Virus record (IMG/VR): IMGVR_UViG_3300025117_000034
Length of the DNA stretch: 64,000 bases
Reading direction: 5' to 3' (one strand)
Source of the DNA: a virus
Lineage: Duplodnaviria; Heunggongvirae; Uroviricota; Caudoviricetes
The notes under the pieces are model-generated. The model was given only the letters and a program-made list of their open reading frames with translations. It had not been told where the DNA came from and made no database searches. The translations under genes were made by a program, and so were the position numbers. Below are positions 54,801-63,859 of the stretch, piece after piece; the stretch's first letter is position 1, and every line of letters begins with the position of its first letter.

Positions 54801-56141
54801 GACATAGATATCCCTTCGTACACATATAACATTAACTCAATAGCTCTGTCTCCTATCATGAGTGCTAACATAGCTGAGATAGAATTTTATCAGTACAATG
54901 ATCTACTGATTTCTGGAACACCTAAAGCATCAAGTGCAGTTATTGGTCACCCAGCATCATATGCATTTGATAACAATGATAGCACTTGGTGGGAAGGTAC
55001 AAACTCAATCAACTCAACTATTGGTATCTCAGCTAATGATGTTCAGTACGTCAATGCAGTTGAGTTTAAGGCTCATGAAGCATTTGGCCCTTACACAATC
55101 ATTGGTAGCTCAAACTCAGCCATGGAAACTCTCTATGCTGGTACGTGCAATACCACATCATGGCAGACAATTACTTTCAATGCACTTGGCAGCTACAATG
55201 AGTTCTATCTAGACATCCCACAGAATGCCATTGGTCAGGGCATTGATGAGCTCCGCTTTATCAACCAACAGGTCATTGATGACTCAGCCTACACCTGCCC
55301 ACCATGTGCATACTCAGTTAATGACATGAACCAGCCAGTGTATATGAAGGCTGCAATGCTTGACCTAACTGTTCCATCCAATATCCGCAGAGCATCATGG
55401 ACAGATATTCCTGGGACAATAGTGTACACCAAGGGTAATCTTGATAAGCCACTGTACAACCGCAATGCACTAAACTATGGTAGGTATCATCAGGCCCAGT
55501 CAATCATCGACAACAAGATTGATTTCACTCCAACCACCAATGATCATAATGGTGAGTACTTCAATACCATCGGGTACTTCACTGAAGATGATGACCTGTT
55601 CTACACCTCACAGTTTGAGGGTAAGGTTCAGGTTAGTGGTGACGTTAACATGATGGCAATGTCAGATCATATGGCAATGTTCGCCAGCGCACTTAAGGAT
55701 GAGATCGGATCTTGCAATAATGCTGGTGATGTTAAGTACATTAATGCCAAGACTGTGGCTAAGATCAGAACTCTTGGAACAGCAGCTTGTGTGTGCAATG
55801 GTGGTATTGTTGATCCAAATACCCATGGTATCACATACTACAAACTTGGCTACGAAACTGATGGTGTTGCAATTAATACCAATATGACTGATGTTAACAA
55901 CCCATTCTTTGATAGCAGGTACAGCTCTGACCCAGTTAATCTGTCAGTTGTTTACAATCCAACTGCCAATACACTGGCTATACAGTCAGACTTATTTATA
56001 CCATCTATTAGTGGTAACTTGGTTAACGAGGTGGGTTACTTCTCAGCAAATACATTGCTCTGTATCACTCGTTTTAGCATGACAGACAAATGTCGTAAGT
56101 CAAATTACGGTAAATATTTAGGCTGCACAATCAGCCTTTAG
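51852..56141 (+). CDS. gp7-like baseplate wedge protein carrying three F5/8-C-like domains and an Asp-box beta-propeller
   Basis: DPDNFP...DFANYIG...YKIKGT wedge core; AFDG/AYDG/AFDN..T.W discoidin motifs; (Y/W)S.DG.NW repeats. Confidence 0.75.
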   Translation: MSEQDLTFNHITTPITYNTYSIDDLASTSSKSIVWITDKVENFLREYEEKRTNTSYETVNYTVTTSNTAVMFLKDPAVTEQNFTEEYITFSANTSTNVLSVNLVTSAGDIVTTLLDVDDYLRDEDSRYEITFADRTAENVYTLKVRSFEPTGTIQSLTVNLDETAEIYTTPTVNTIDRTVNTYTMNSLGVQRISSLSAVNLSLLFPEKFRILPEVQDFIRIMERIYFEIKQKSEGVILAKDPDNFPIQYASDFANYIGLNINDLAQMTQGSVRQQIAYATEWYKIKGTELSLDTYMATVGLLKEIIPLWTSTYTVDDLVPYEDLDKTHINHPSYNTPHVILEFAHKGGVTTEQLLQNAAKSVDSIIPVNIVADREFGIYPDSIDPDDSIDPFSRVSDHVDFYRADRTLVAGNYGVFQTANTIITGNGEASSEVADHPVSAAFDGDQLTYWQASLTYTTNATIGISNNTAQPPLKSFVYTAKHPWTSFNMYGEATGSSPVVLYSGVNSVINTPVTVIVNDTNWYNKYYMEISGNVALQSLSELKFNGGAFSKLSVSTSTITEALYVVSNSTAAGPDFVAHDETMVSTIVTPTGFKNVRCVEYGNGMWVAGMESPSNTLAYSYDGINWTGLGSTIFTAHCNFVKYGGGMWVAAGTGTNNVAYSNDGINWTGINTATLYLEATQVAYGGTSGWMIASPGKISWSPDGINWTNVKTTAYAQNESIGFSPTSGVGLGRWLHGNREGFAMGYSDDNGASWSSVVGVPLNYTHVRGYLNGRWVVAVGSSGGAFINPTRCILWSDDEWATYHSIPNDPGGGLWLLLSDIKYITTGTMASKYLLVGYICVSPATGRIAGTECMWYADTLTDSLSCLVGMGKQSTPGTLTQIAENTDFVTPTPSANPVKSYVSTQVYPSVNSLAYDGNTSTSWVGANYYRDFLGISSNSVLPKVSRIRLYPTTAFGGYEVVDNTGLTTNVVASGTVNSAGVWYDIDIPSYTYNINSIALSPIMSANIAEIEFYQYNDLLISGTPKASSAVIGHPASYAFDNNDSTWWEGTNSINSTIGISANDVQYVNAVEFKAHEAFGPYTIIGSSNSAMETLYAGTCNTTSWQTITFNALGSYNEFYLDIPQNAIGQGIDELRFINQQVIDDSAYTCPPCAYSVNDMNQPVYMKAAMLDLTVPSNIRRASWTDIPGTIVYTKGNLDKPLYNRNALNYGRYHQAQSIIDNKIDFTPTTNDHNGEYFNTIGYFTEDDDLFYTSQFEGKVQVSGDVNMMAMSDHMAMFASALKDEIGSCNNAGDVKYINAKTVAKIRTLGTAACVCNGGIVDPNTHGITYYKLGYETDGVAINTNMTDVNNPFFDSRYSSDPVNLSVVYNPTANTLAIQSDLFIPSISGNLVNEVGYFSANTLLCITRFSMTDKCRKSNYGKYLGCTISL
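53713..53858 (+). repeat. Exact 23-bp direct repeat within propeller blades
   Basis: atgatggtattaactggactggt at 53713-53735 and 53836-53858. Confidence 0.85.
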
Positions 56142-56152
56142 GAGAATGATAA

Positions 56153-57706
56153 ATGACAGTAAGCTATGGGACAAGCGTAAATCAAGGTAACCAGAATGTT
56201 GGGGTTCACTTCAGGGCAGCTGTAGCTCCTGAGACTTGGAACGTTCCTCATTCTGGCACTACTCCTATGGGTATCTATGGTGGTTGTACTCTGTCAGCCA
56301 ACGGAACCAACGCAGTTGTTCAGCCTGGTATGTTTGTGTTCTGGGCTGACGATGTAGCTCACCCTGGAACCACACAGTACATACGCTGCAGTGCAAACTC
56401 AAGCACCACTGTAGCAGTGGTCGATGGTGACTACGTTATAGCTCGTTATAAGTATCAGGACATTGAGGGTTGGTACGCAGCCATTGGTGTTGAGACATCA
56501 TATAACAGTGCGGATACCAGTGAGATCTGCTTTGGTCGTGTGAGCTATAATGGCCCAACAATGGAGTTTGATTACTCAGAGCGCACCGGCACTGGTAAGC
56601 ATATCCGTGTAAACAATCAGGATCTAACTTCAGGATACCTCGAAGACAAGCTACGCACCATTATGCCAGCTGGTAGAATTGAGCCATACGGAGGCGTTAC
56701 CTGCCCCACTTATTACCTAGTGTGCGACGGTGATCTCTACAGTATCAATGACTACCCAGAGCTGTACGCTTCAATTGGCAACACATGGGGATCAACCAAT
56801 GCAACCAACTTTGCTGTTCCAGATCTACGTGGTCGTGTTATTGTAGGCTCAGGAACTCATATGGATAGCCGGTTCATCTCAAGGACATTCACACTTGGTG
56901 AGACTGACACTCCTGGCATCTCTTCACGTGAGTCATATAACGGTGAGTACATGCACCAGATTACACAGGATGAGATGGCTAATCACACCCATGTAGGAGC
57001 TTTTATTACCGGCTCACTATACAGGGAAACACAGACAGCCAACCCATTCAGCTATGCACCAGAGAACATCAGTCTAAATGGTGTTGGTAATGATATGCCA
57101 CACAATAACATGCAGCCATATGCAGCAATGAATTACATCATCTTTGCTGGTATTTCTGCAGCTGGTGGCGGCGGCACACCTGCTCCAGTAACTCAGGTTC
57201 TTACCTCAATCACAATCTCCCCATCCACATACTCAGCAAACGTAGCTGAGAGCAAGGTCTACGAGGTTGTTGCATATGACCAGTTCAGTAACGTTATGTC
57301 TGGAGTTTCAGTGTACTTCAGCTCAAATGATTACGCTGTTGCATCGGTTAATCTGACTCCAGTGGTAACAGCTGCAAATGGTAAGTCACAGGCAACAGTG
57401 GTTGCAGTTGAGACTGGTAACACAATGATCAACATCAGCACCAATGTGCTATCAACAAACTCAGCACTCACAGTTAATAAGTACCTTATCTCAACCAGCT
57501 TTGATGGTAATGGTTCAATCGTACCAGAGTATGCTAAGCTGAGCCCAGGTGCAGGATACACATTTAACTTCTTCCCCAATGATTCGGATACACTTCTGAA
57601 CGTTTCAGTTAATGGGGTATCAGTTAATATGCAGACTTCGTACAACTACACCTTCAACAATGTCACAGCCAACCAGTCCCTGCATGCAGTGTTCAGCGCA
57701 ATCTAG
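56153..57706 (+). CDS. Tail fibre with tail-collar and Ig-like domains
   Basis: MPAG.I.PY.G...P..YL.CDG...Y.EL...IG.T.G.....FAVPDLRGR...HNNMQPY..MNYII; LTSITISP Ig-like domain. Confidence 0.85.
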   Translation: MTVSYGTSVNQGNQNVGVHFRAAVAPETWNVPHSGTTPMGIYGGCTLSANGTNAVVQPGMFVFWADDVAHPGTTQYIRCSANSSTTVAVVDGDYVIARYKYQDIEGWYAAIGVETSYNSADTSEICFGRVSYNGPTMEFDYSERTGTGKHIRVNNQDLTSGYLEDKLRTIMPAGRIEPYGGVTCPTYYLVCDGDLYSINDYPELYASIGNTWGSTNATNFAVPDLRGRVIVGSGTHMDSRFISRTFTLGETDTPGISSRESYNGEYMHQITQDEMANHTHVGAFITGSLYRETQTANPFSYAPENISLNGVGNDMPHNNMQPYAAMNYIIFAGISAAGGGGTPAPVTQVLTSITISPSTYSANVAESKVYEVVAYDQFSNVMSGVSVYFSSNDYAVASVNLTPVVTAANGKSQATVVAVETGNTMINISTNVLSTNSALTVNKYLISTSFDGNGSIVPEYAKLSPGAGYTFNFFPNDSDTLLNVSVNGVSVNMQTSYNYTFNNVTANQSLHAVFSAI

Positions 57707-57720
57707 TACTAGATAGACTA

Positions 57721-57753
57721 AGGGCAGCTGAGTTAATTCTCAGCTGCCCTTTT
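57721..57753 (+). terminator. Intrinsic terminator at the convergence point
   Basis: AGGGCAGCTGAG-ttaatt-CTCAGCTGCCCT-TTT; perfect 12-bp stem. Confidence 0.8.
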
Positions 57754-57812
57754 ATATTTCCTATTCTTGCCACCTATTGAGATAATTCTGAGCACTTCAG
57801 TGCTGGGTTCGT

Positions 57813-59174
57813 CTAGTTGAGTAGGTCACCGAAGTCAACGCTTGTAGGGTTAACTGAGATCTCTGAACCAACACGGCTGTACCTAGGATCAAAATTAATT
57901 ATGCATGGGTCCGTCATGGTCTCCCCAAAGCGGTTCTTAGCCAGGAATACAAGGCACTCATTGTTCTCCTTGAGTACATTGTTCTTCCACAGGAAGAATA
58001 CATAGGATGGGGTACGGGCTAGCTCATTGAACTGTGCTAGTGCAGTGAGCTGAGCCCTGCCCTCGTTAGCATCCATGTACTTCTGGCCTTCTTTGTTAAG
58101 CTGTGACAGAAGCATGCAGTGACATTGACGACCCTGGCCATCCATATTTTCAGCTAAGTTCTTTATCTGCTGGATATAGTAGTTAGCTGGGTCAATGTTC
58201 TTCATCTTGTAGATTTCAGCAGGGTGACCAATATAGTTTAGCATCTGAATATAGTCAACAATAATCAGGTCAGGTTTAAATGGAAGCTTAGAGATAGCAG
58301 CTCGCATACCGTAGTCAGTGAATGACCTGAAGAATTGACTGCCAACTATCTCAATCTTACCATAGTCAGAGCACTCACGCAAGTCCTCGTCTACCACATC
58401 AAATAGGAATTCTTCTTCCTCGGGTGACAACTCTGAGTGTTGAATCCTGCTGAACTCAATTGGATCCCCTGCGTTCTTAAACTTCTCATGCTGGGAATGA
58501 CGTGATAGAATACTGAATAAGATCTGCTCACGTGGCATTTCAAGAGATACAAATAGAACGTTATATCCCAGCTGCACAGCATTAGTATATAGGACTGACT
58601 TGGCTACGGTTGTTTTACCGAAACCGGAGGGAGCAGCTATTACTGAAATTGTACCCATCTCAAAGGAGTAAACAAGATTATCAATGGGTTCCAGGCCAGT
58701 TAGAATACCACGTGACCTGTTCTTCCTCTCCTCGTATAACTGCTTTGCTGGAGTTAGTTCCTGATCCGCATCTGTTGAAGCATTGTACTTGGTCATTACC
58801 AGAGACAGCTTATCCATCAAGTCAGCTGTCTCTTCTGTATCCTTGGTCTTTGCCAGTGCATCCTGGATCTCTGCTGCTACCTCTTTGGTGAGAGCGTTGG
58901 TATGCTCTTTCTCAATTAGGTTAATGATCTCAGGTGCGGAGGGAATAATGTCTGGCTTATCATACTCCTGAAGAAACGAGTAGTATTCTACGTAATGCTC
59001 ATAAGATGGTACTTCACCTGTCTCTGTTAGTGCCTTGAGAATGTTCGGAATAATCTGGAATGGTTCATTACCACGCCAGATAGAGCACAAGCGATTACAG
59101 ACATTGATCTTGTTCTCCAGAGAATCTTCACGATCAAACAAGTAAGCATATATTAGGTTAACATTCTGATTCAT
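57813..59174 (-). CDS. dnaB: DnaB-like replicative helicase
   Basis: AAPSGFGKTT, SLEM, IVDYIQ, LSQLN, KNRFG. Confidence 0.9.
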   Translation of the reverse strand: MNQNVNLIYAYLFDREDSLENKINVCNRLCSIWRGNEPFQIIPNILKALTETGEVPSYEHYVEYYSFLQEYDKPDIIPSAPEIINLIEKEHTNALTKEVAAEIQDALAKTKDTEETADLMDKLSLVMTKYNASTDADQELTPAKQLYEERKNRSRGILTGLEPIDNLVYSFEMGTISVIAAPSGFGKTTVAKSVLYTNAVQLGYNVLFVSLEMPREQILFSILSRHSQHEKFKNAGDPIEFSRIQHSELSPEEEEFLFDVVDEDLRECSDYGKIEIVGSQFFRSFTDYGMRAAISKLPFKPDLIIVDYIQMLNYIGHPAEIYKMKNIDPANYYIQQIKNLAENMDGQGRQCHCMLLSQLNKEGQKYMDANEGRAQLTALAQFNELARTPSYVFFLWKNNVLKENNECLVFLAKNRFGETMTDPCIINFDPRYSRVGSEISVNPTSVDFGDLLN

Positions 59175-59829
59175 CAGTAGAGTCTTTCCTTAAACCGAAT
59201 AGTCCATGTCTAAGTATACTAATAGCCTTGTCAAATTTGATCTCGTGGAACTCGCACTTACTTAGATACTTCTTAACTTCAGGTAGGTCAATATTTAATG
59301 AGCTCGAATGAAACCACGTTGTAGTGCCATCTGAGAGACGCTTCATCAAGAGCTGGTTGATCAGTTCTTCCTGACGCTTGTTCTTAAACTCTCCCTGCCC
59401 ATAGGTTAACGCAAGGTGAGGCACATTAATCTGGTGTAGATTACTGAATCCCTGGTGAGCTTCATCCTCAAAGGCAACGTACACCAGCTCAAACACATTC
59501 ATCTTTACATATGGCTTTGGATATATTAGGGATAGAGCGTAGCCCATTGCTCCATTCTGTTCCCTAAGTGTAACAGTTGAGTCGAACATAAAAACAATGT
59601 TATTAACTAAACCGAACTCTGCATGGGCTTTATCTATTTTTTCTCGTATCCAATCTGCTGGCATGGACATTGATCCATACCGTGTGACGTACTCCTTGAT
59701 CTTTGCTTTCTTCACACAGAAGCATTCAACGTTGATTCCATTGAGAACTGTTACCTTGGAATCATTACATAGTTTACATTTAGGTTCCTTCTTGGCAACC
59801 TTAGGGATCTTTACTTTCTTGACCGCCAC
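59158..59829 (-). CDS. DnaC/DnaI-like helicase-loader homolog without a P-loop
   Basis: N-terminal CKLC...CFC; LALTYG.GEF.....ELINQL...R......TWFHSS parallels the DnaC C-terminal half; adjacent to dnaB. Confidence 0.5.
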   Translation of the reverse strand: MAVKKVKIPKVAKKEPKCKLCNDSKVTVLNGINVECFCVKKAKIKEYVTRYGSMSMPADWIREKIDKAHAEFGLVNNIVFMFDSTVTLREQNGAMGYALSLIYPKPYVKMNVFELVYVAFEDEAHQGFSNLHQINVPHLALTYGQGEFKNKRQEELINQLLMKRLSDGTTTWFHSSSLNIDLPEVKKYLSKCEFHEIKFDKAISILRHGLFGLRKDSTDESEC

Positions 59830-61391
59830 AGTAGATCCTTTCTCATTTTTATAATTGCATCTCGTGTAATCTCGCCCTCATCGGGCAACGGTTCAGCCTT
59901 GCCACTAAGTACCTTAAGAACAACACTCGAGAACAGTTTGATTAAGTTAAGTTTATACTCATCAATGGTGTTAGTCACTGAGAATATAGTAACCTTAAAC
60001 TTATCAAATGCACTGCTCTCTCTTGTTATTCTACCCACAGTCTGTATAAAACTTCCAATGCTAAATGGCAATCCATAGAAAATAATTTCATCTGTCTTGT
60101 CAAAGTTGAGACTCATACCACCGGCATCAGTGATGATAACCACATCCCCAACCTTATGCTCATCCGCTATGTATCCCCTGTCCTCACCCTTGCTACTGCC
60201 ATTGATGTACAATACATTCTTGTACTTACCCCTCAGGTAATGCTCAACAACAAGGCCGAGGCGGGTCTGTGTATGACGGAACGGAGTGAATATGAGAATA
60301 GGTTTCTTGTCAATGATAGTGGTAAGGTAGTCAATGAAGGACTTTTCCTTGGACGAGAGCAGCAAGTCCTTGTTCTCCACCCTGTCCTCAAGGGTGTTAC
60401 TGGTGGTCTCAATAGCGTTGTCTACGTACAGCTGTAGGTCAGGGAGCCTCTGACTGAATATGCGCTCCTCATCATACTTGGAAATGATGCCTTGAGCCAG
60501 TTTACAGTACTGCTTTTCCTCATCCTCTGACAGAGGGATATCAATGATGTTGTAGACCAGATCAAGCTCACGCACAGTCCTTGTGTAATAAGGAGCAATG
60601 CGACGGGCAAGATCATCAAGGTTCTGATAACCAACCACTTCCTGCAGGACTCTGAAGTAGCTGACTCCTTTGGTGGTTTCATCCCACTCGAACAAACCCT
60701 TGCCCAGGCCACGGAATGTCTTTCTCCCAGGAAGATCCTTATGCAGCCATGTCTTGTACATATTAGGCTTTGTTCTACCATTCAAGTAGCGGATACGTTT
60801 CTCACTGCGAACAGTGTACTTCTCAAGGCACTGCTGCAGCGTTCCGAGTACCCCTGGATAGATGATGTTAATGATGTTGTAGATATCCTCAATATGATTA
60901 AGGATGGGTGTGGCAGTAATTAGCCATGCATACTGGGCATACTTGACAGCAGAGCGCACAGCAGCCCCTATTTGTGACTTAGGGTTCTTTGCTGTGTGCG
61001 CTTCCTCAACTACAAGGACGATCTGCTTCTTCCATATCTTGTAGATTATCTTAGAGAACAACTTGATTGAGCTATTGCGTAGAATGGTTACATCCCAGTC
61101 AACATCAATCTTATCCTGTGCCTCCATGTTACCTGCTAGATCCTTGTCATCTGCAGAGAAGCATCTGTGCTTGAGGCCAGGAAAGTACTTGATATCCCTA
61201 ACCCAGGATGGAGCTGAGCTCTTAGTGGCTATGACAAAGAGATGCTTGTTAGGCATAGGGCATTCCTCGTATGAAGCAAGGCATGCAATGGTCTTACCTG
61301 ACCCTGTTGGATCGGCAATGATCATCTTCTTCTGCTTAAGAAGCCTCTCCTTTGAGCTTACCTGGATTGGAGTTAGGGTTATTCCTTTCAT
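59811..61391 (-). CDS. SNF2-family helicase/ATPase
   Basis: ADPTGSGKT, VVEEAH, TATPILN, QTVGRITR. Confidence 0.85.
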   Translation of the reverse strand: MKGITLTPIQVSSKERLLKQKKMIIADPTGSGKTIACLASYEECPMPNKHLFVIATKSSAPSWVRDIKYFPGLKHRCFSADDKDLAGNMEAQDKIDVDWDVTILRNSSIKLFSKIIYKIWKKQIVLVVEEAHTAKNPKSQIGAAVRSAVKYAQYAWLITATPILNHIEDIYNIINIIYPGVLGTLQQCLEKYTVRSEKRIRYLNGRTKPNMYKTWLHKDLPGRKTFRGLGKGLFEWDETTKGVSYFRVLQEVVGYQNLDDLARRIAPYYTRTVRELDLVYNIIDIPLSEDEEKQYCKLAQGIISKYDEERIFSQRLPDLQLYVDNAIETTSNTLEDRVENKDLLLSSKEKSFIDYLTTIIDKKPILIFTPFRHTQTRLGLVVEHYLRGKYKNVLYINGSSKGEDRGYIADEHKVGDVVIITDAGGMSLNFDKTDEIIFYGLPFSIGSFIQTVGRITRESSAFDKFKVTIFSVTNTIDEYKLNLIKLFSSVVLKVLSGKAEPLPDEGEITRDAIIKMRKDLLWRSRK

Positions 61392-61885
61392 AACTTGATG
61401 GTGTACTCTTTGACAGGCAACTCACAGTACACAGATAGTTCACAAGCTACCTCTACCGCCTTGCTTACACTGCTGCCCATATGTAGGGCTGCTAGAGCAA
61501 AGTCACGACCAGCTCCAATAGCTGAGTGTCCTGCAATTTCGTACACAAAAAACCCCTGAATATGAAACAGTTTTTTCTGGTATACAATAAGGTAGTCATT
61601 TACTATCTTTGGATCACCAATCTTATCATTCTTCCACTCAGCAAACTCAGCTAGAAAATTAATGTAGGAGCTTTCATCTGCGCGTTCAGGAGTGTGAGTT
61701 TTACAGAATACCTGCAGCAAAGCTGACTCTTCACAGATGCCTACGCTCCCAACGAACATATCATCAACCTGGAATAGCTTTGCAAATTTATCTGCTGACT
61801 TGCTTTGTGTTGATCCGTATACAATGATTGAGTCTGACGCAATTGATATCTTATCATCATAAATCTTGGCGGCTACAATGCTCAT
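61388..61885 (-). CDS. Ntn-hydrolase / HslV-proteasome-beta-like peptidase
   Basis: (M)SIVAA.....IASDS N-terminus and AIGAGRDFALAAL motif. Confidence 0.75.
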   Translation of the reverse strand: MSIVAAKIYDDKISIASDSIIVYGSTQSKSADKFAKLFQVDDMFVGSVGICEESALLQVFCKTHTPERADESSYINFLAEFAEWKNDKIGDPKIVNDYLIVYQKKLFHIQGFFVYEIAGHSAIGAGRDFALAALHMGSSVSKAVEVACELSVYCELPVKEYTIKL

Positions 61886-61899
61886 TGTTATCTCCTGTC

Positions 61900-62082
61900 T
61901 TAGTGCGCTACCCGTTTATAGTTCTCAACGATCTTGACGAACTTGTACTCTGCAATGCGTGTCTCACCCATGATATCAGATTTGCTAAATGCCAGAGCTT
62001 CCTTGTACGTTGGGCGAGCATCATAGAAATACCACGTGTCATCCTTACGACTTTTGATCTCAATAATAAACACGTTCTCCAT
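61900..62082 (-). CDS. Hypothetical protein
   Basis: 60 aa, coupled to neighbours. Confidence 0.5.
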   Translation of the reverse strand: MENVFIIEIKSRKDDTWYFYDARPTYKEALAFSKSDIMGETRIAEYKFVKIVENYKRVAH

Positions 62083-62264
62083 TATTTACTCTCCTTATAG
62101 TCTAGTGCTTTCTGCACCACGTCTTTCAGTGATCCAACTGTGACCTTCTGAGTACCAGTAAGTGCTTCCCAATGGGCGAACTGTGCTTTGCTCCACGAGG
62201 ATGGGTTACTAAAGTACTGTTTGGTAAGCATCAATGCTTCCTCCAGCACACGTTCCCTGCTCAT
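62082..62264 (-). CDS. Hypothetical protein
   Basis: 60 aa. Confidence 0.5.
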   Translation of the reverse strand: MSRERVLEEALMLTKQYFSNPSSWSKAQFAHWEALTGTQKVTVGSLKDVVQKALDYKESK

Positions 62265-62864
62265 CTAGCTCTCCTTATGTGTGATGATAACGATCTTCTC
62301 TGAGCCACCACAACCACAAAGGCATGTACGCTTGGATGGGCATTCAACTACCTTGAAGTCATAGCCCTCCGGAACCTGATCAGTAATCACCTTGGTGTCC
62401 ACAATGATATCTTCAATGGCATAGATACCATTTTTAGCGAGATAGGGAAGCAGGGTCTTCATTGTAAGGATCTGATGCGGAGGGTGGTGTGACCCGTCAT
62501 CAACAATGAAATCAACGTCCTTGCCAACGTTCTGCATTGCAGCCTCAAGTGAGGGAACGCTACCCTGATTGGCAATGAATGTCTTGATACGTCCCGCACT
62601 GAACATTGCCTGTGGGTTCATATCGAAGGCAAAGATGTCCGCATTGGGGAAGAACTCCTCCCACATGTACATGCTGGCACCAGTCTTGTACGTTGCATAC
62701 ATACAGGATGCAAGACCAACTCCGATCTCTAGTACCTTACGTGTGCTCTCACGACGATCCTTGAGCAACTCATAGTAGGCAACTGTGTATGAGTGAGGCT
62801 TGTCGATACAGTCACCACCTTTGTCAGTTCCATATTTTGAAGCAAGTTCGCACAGCGGTGTCAT
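62265..62864 (-). CDS. SAM-dependent O-methyltransferase (MycE/TylE-like class I)
   Basis: YGTDK...HSY, VLEIGV, GAS..MW..FFP.A.I..FD, IVDDGSH. Confidence 0.8.
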   Translation of the reverse strand: MTPLCELASKYGTDKGGDCIDKPHSYTVAYYELLKDRRESTRKVLEIGVGLASCMYATYKTGASMYMWEEFFPNADIFAFDMNPQAMFSAGRIKTFIANQGSVPSLEAAMQNVGKDVDFIVDDGSHHPPHQILTMKTLLPYLAKNGIYAIEDIIVDTKVITDQVPEGYDFKVVECPSKRTCLCGCGGSEKIVIITHKES

Positions 62865-63202
62865 AGATTTCTCCTTAGATAGTCATCCATATAGATCATC
62901 ATTTCTTTGTCTGATCTGAACTTCCTTTTTATCCCAAGGTTCTTTACTTCGCGCCAATACAGATTAATCTCTGCCTGTGATACAAATTCCCAGCAGAGTT
63001 TGTTTCTCCTGTCACATATATGGAGAGGCTGAACATTGTTTTCCCGCAAGCACTTGGGGCACATGACATACTCAGCCTCTCCCCTGGTCCTGTCAACCTT
63101 TGCCTTTGTCCTCTCCAGCTTGAGAAAGTACATGATGCAGCACTCAGGAATATTAGAGTGTAGCCCGAAAGCAATGTGGTAAAACTTGCCTACTTTTTCC
63201 AC
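62861..63202 (-). CDS. Cys-containing hypothetical protein
   Basis: G...NIPECCI.YF...YVMCPKC. Confidence 0.55.
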   Translation of the reverse strand: MEKVGKFYHIAFGLHSNIPECCIMYFLKLERTKAKVDRTRGEAEYVMCPKCLRENNVQPLHICDRRNKLCWEFVSQAEINLYWREVKNLGIKRKFRSDKEMMIYMDDYLRRNL

Positions 63203-63441
63203 AGGCTAAGACCAGTGCTACCAACTACTTTCAGAATGAAGTCCTGAACCTTCCCCTCTGCAAGGAGATCTGAGAACTGATCAACAGGGATGTAAAGCCT
63301 CCCAACATCAGACCTAAGCTTCTTTGAGAGCTCCTTGCATTCCTTGAGTGTATAGAACTCCTGCTCAACACCAATAGATCCATCAGTTTTCTTCCACAGT
63401 ATGAACCACACTAGGTTGTTAGAGCTAACACCTGTTGGCAT
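63190..63441 (-). CDS. Hypothetical protein
   Basis: 83 aa, AGGAAAGGAG RBS. Confidence 0.5.
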   Translation of the reverse strand: MPTGVSSNNLVWFILWKKTDGSIGVEQEFYTLKECKELSKKLRSDVGRLYIPVDQFSDLLAEGKVQDFILKVVGSTGLSLWKK

Positions 63442-63468
63442 GTGTGATCTCCTTTCCTGTACTTACTA

Positions 63469-63822
63469 CTAAGAATCCAGCCAGTTACAGAACTTGTCAA
63501 AGAGGCTGAGCTTAACCTCAGGAACATACTTAGTAGGCTTCACAGGCTCGGGCTTTACGTACTCTTTGTACTGCTTGCAGTCATTGTTCTTATTGATATC
63601 AAAGCAGTTACCTGGTTTGCCACTTGCATCGAAGGGATTATGCGTAACTTTTCTGTAATTCAAATGTGTGCAGATAGCCTTGTAGTACTCTGAATTACTC
63701 TCGAGTCCATTATAATAAGAGTATCGGTGCTCATTATTACTTTCCTGTACCCACTTATTGTGTTTACAGTATTTACAGTACACACGCATAGTCTCATTAC
63801 CGCCAAGGTCAACCAGTTTCAT
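63469..63822 (-). CDS. Cys-containing hypothetical protein
   Basis: CKYCKH...C...C......N.NNDC; AAGGAG RBS. Confidence 0.55.
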   Translation of the reverse strand: MKLVDLGGNETMRVYCKYCKHNKWVQESNNEHRYSYYNGLESNSEYYKAICTHLNYRKVTHNPFDASGKPGNCFDINKNNDCKQYKEYVKPEPVKPTKYVPEVKLSLFDKFCNWLDS

Positions 63823-63859
63823 CCTGTACTCTCCTTTAGAGAAGTTTTCCCTATCCTAT

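Noticed and set aside
1706-63174. Many antisense or alternate-frame ORFs in the track (e.g. 9036-9584, 19534-19959, 36003-36425, 42702-43094)
   Set aside because: Shadow frames of well-supported genes, without RBS or motifs
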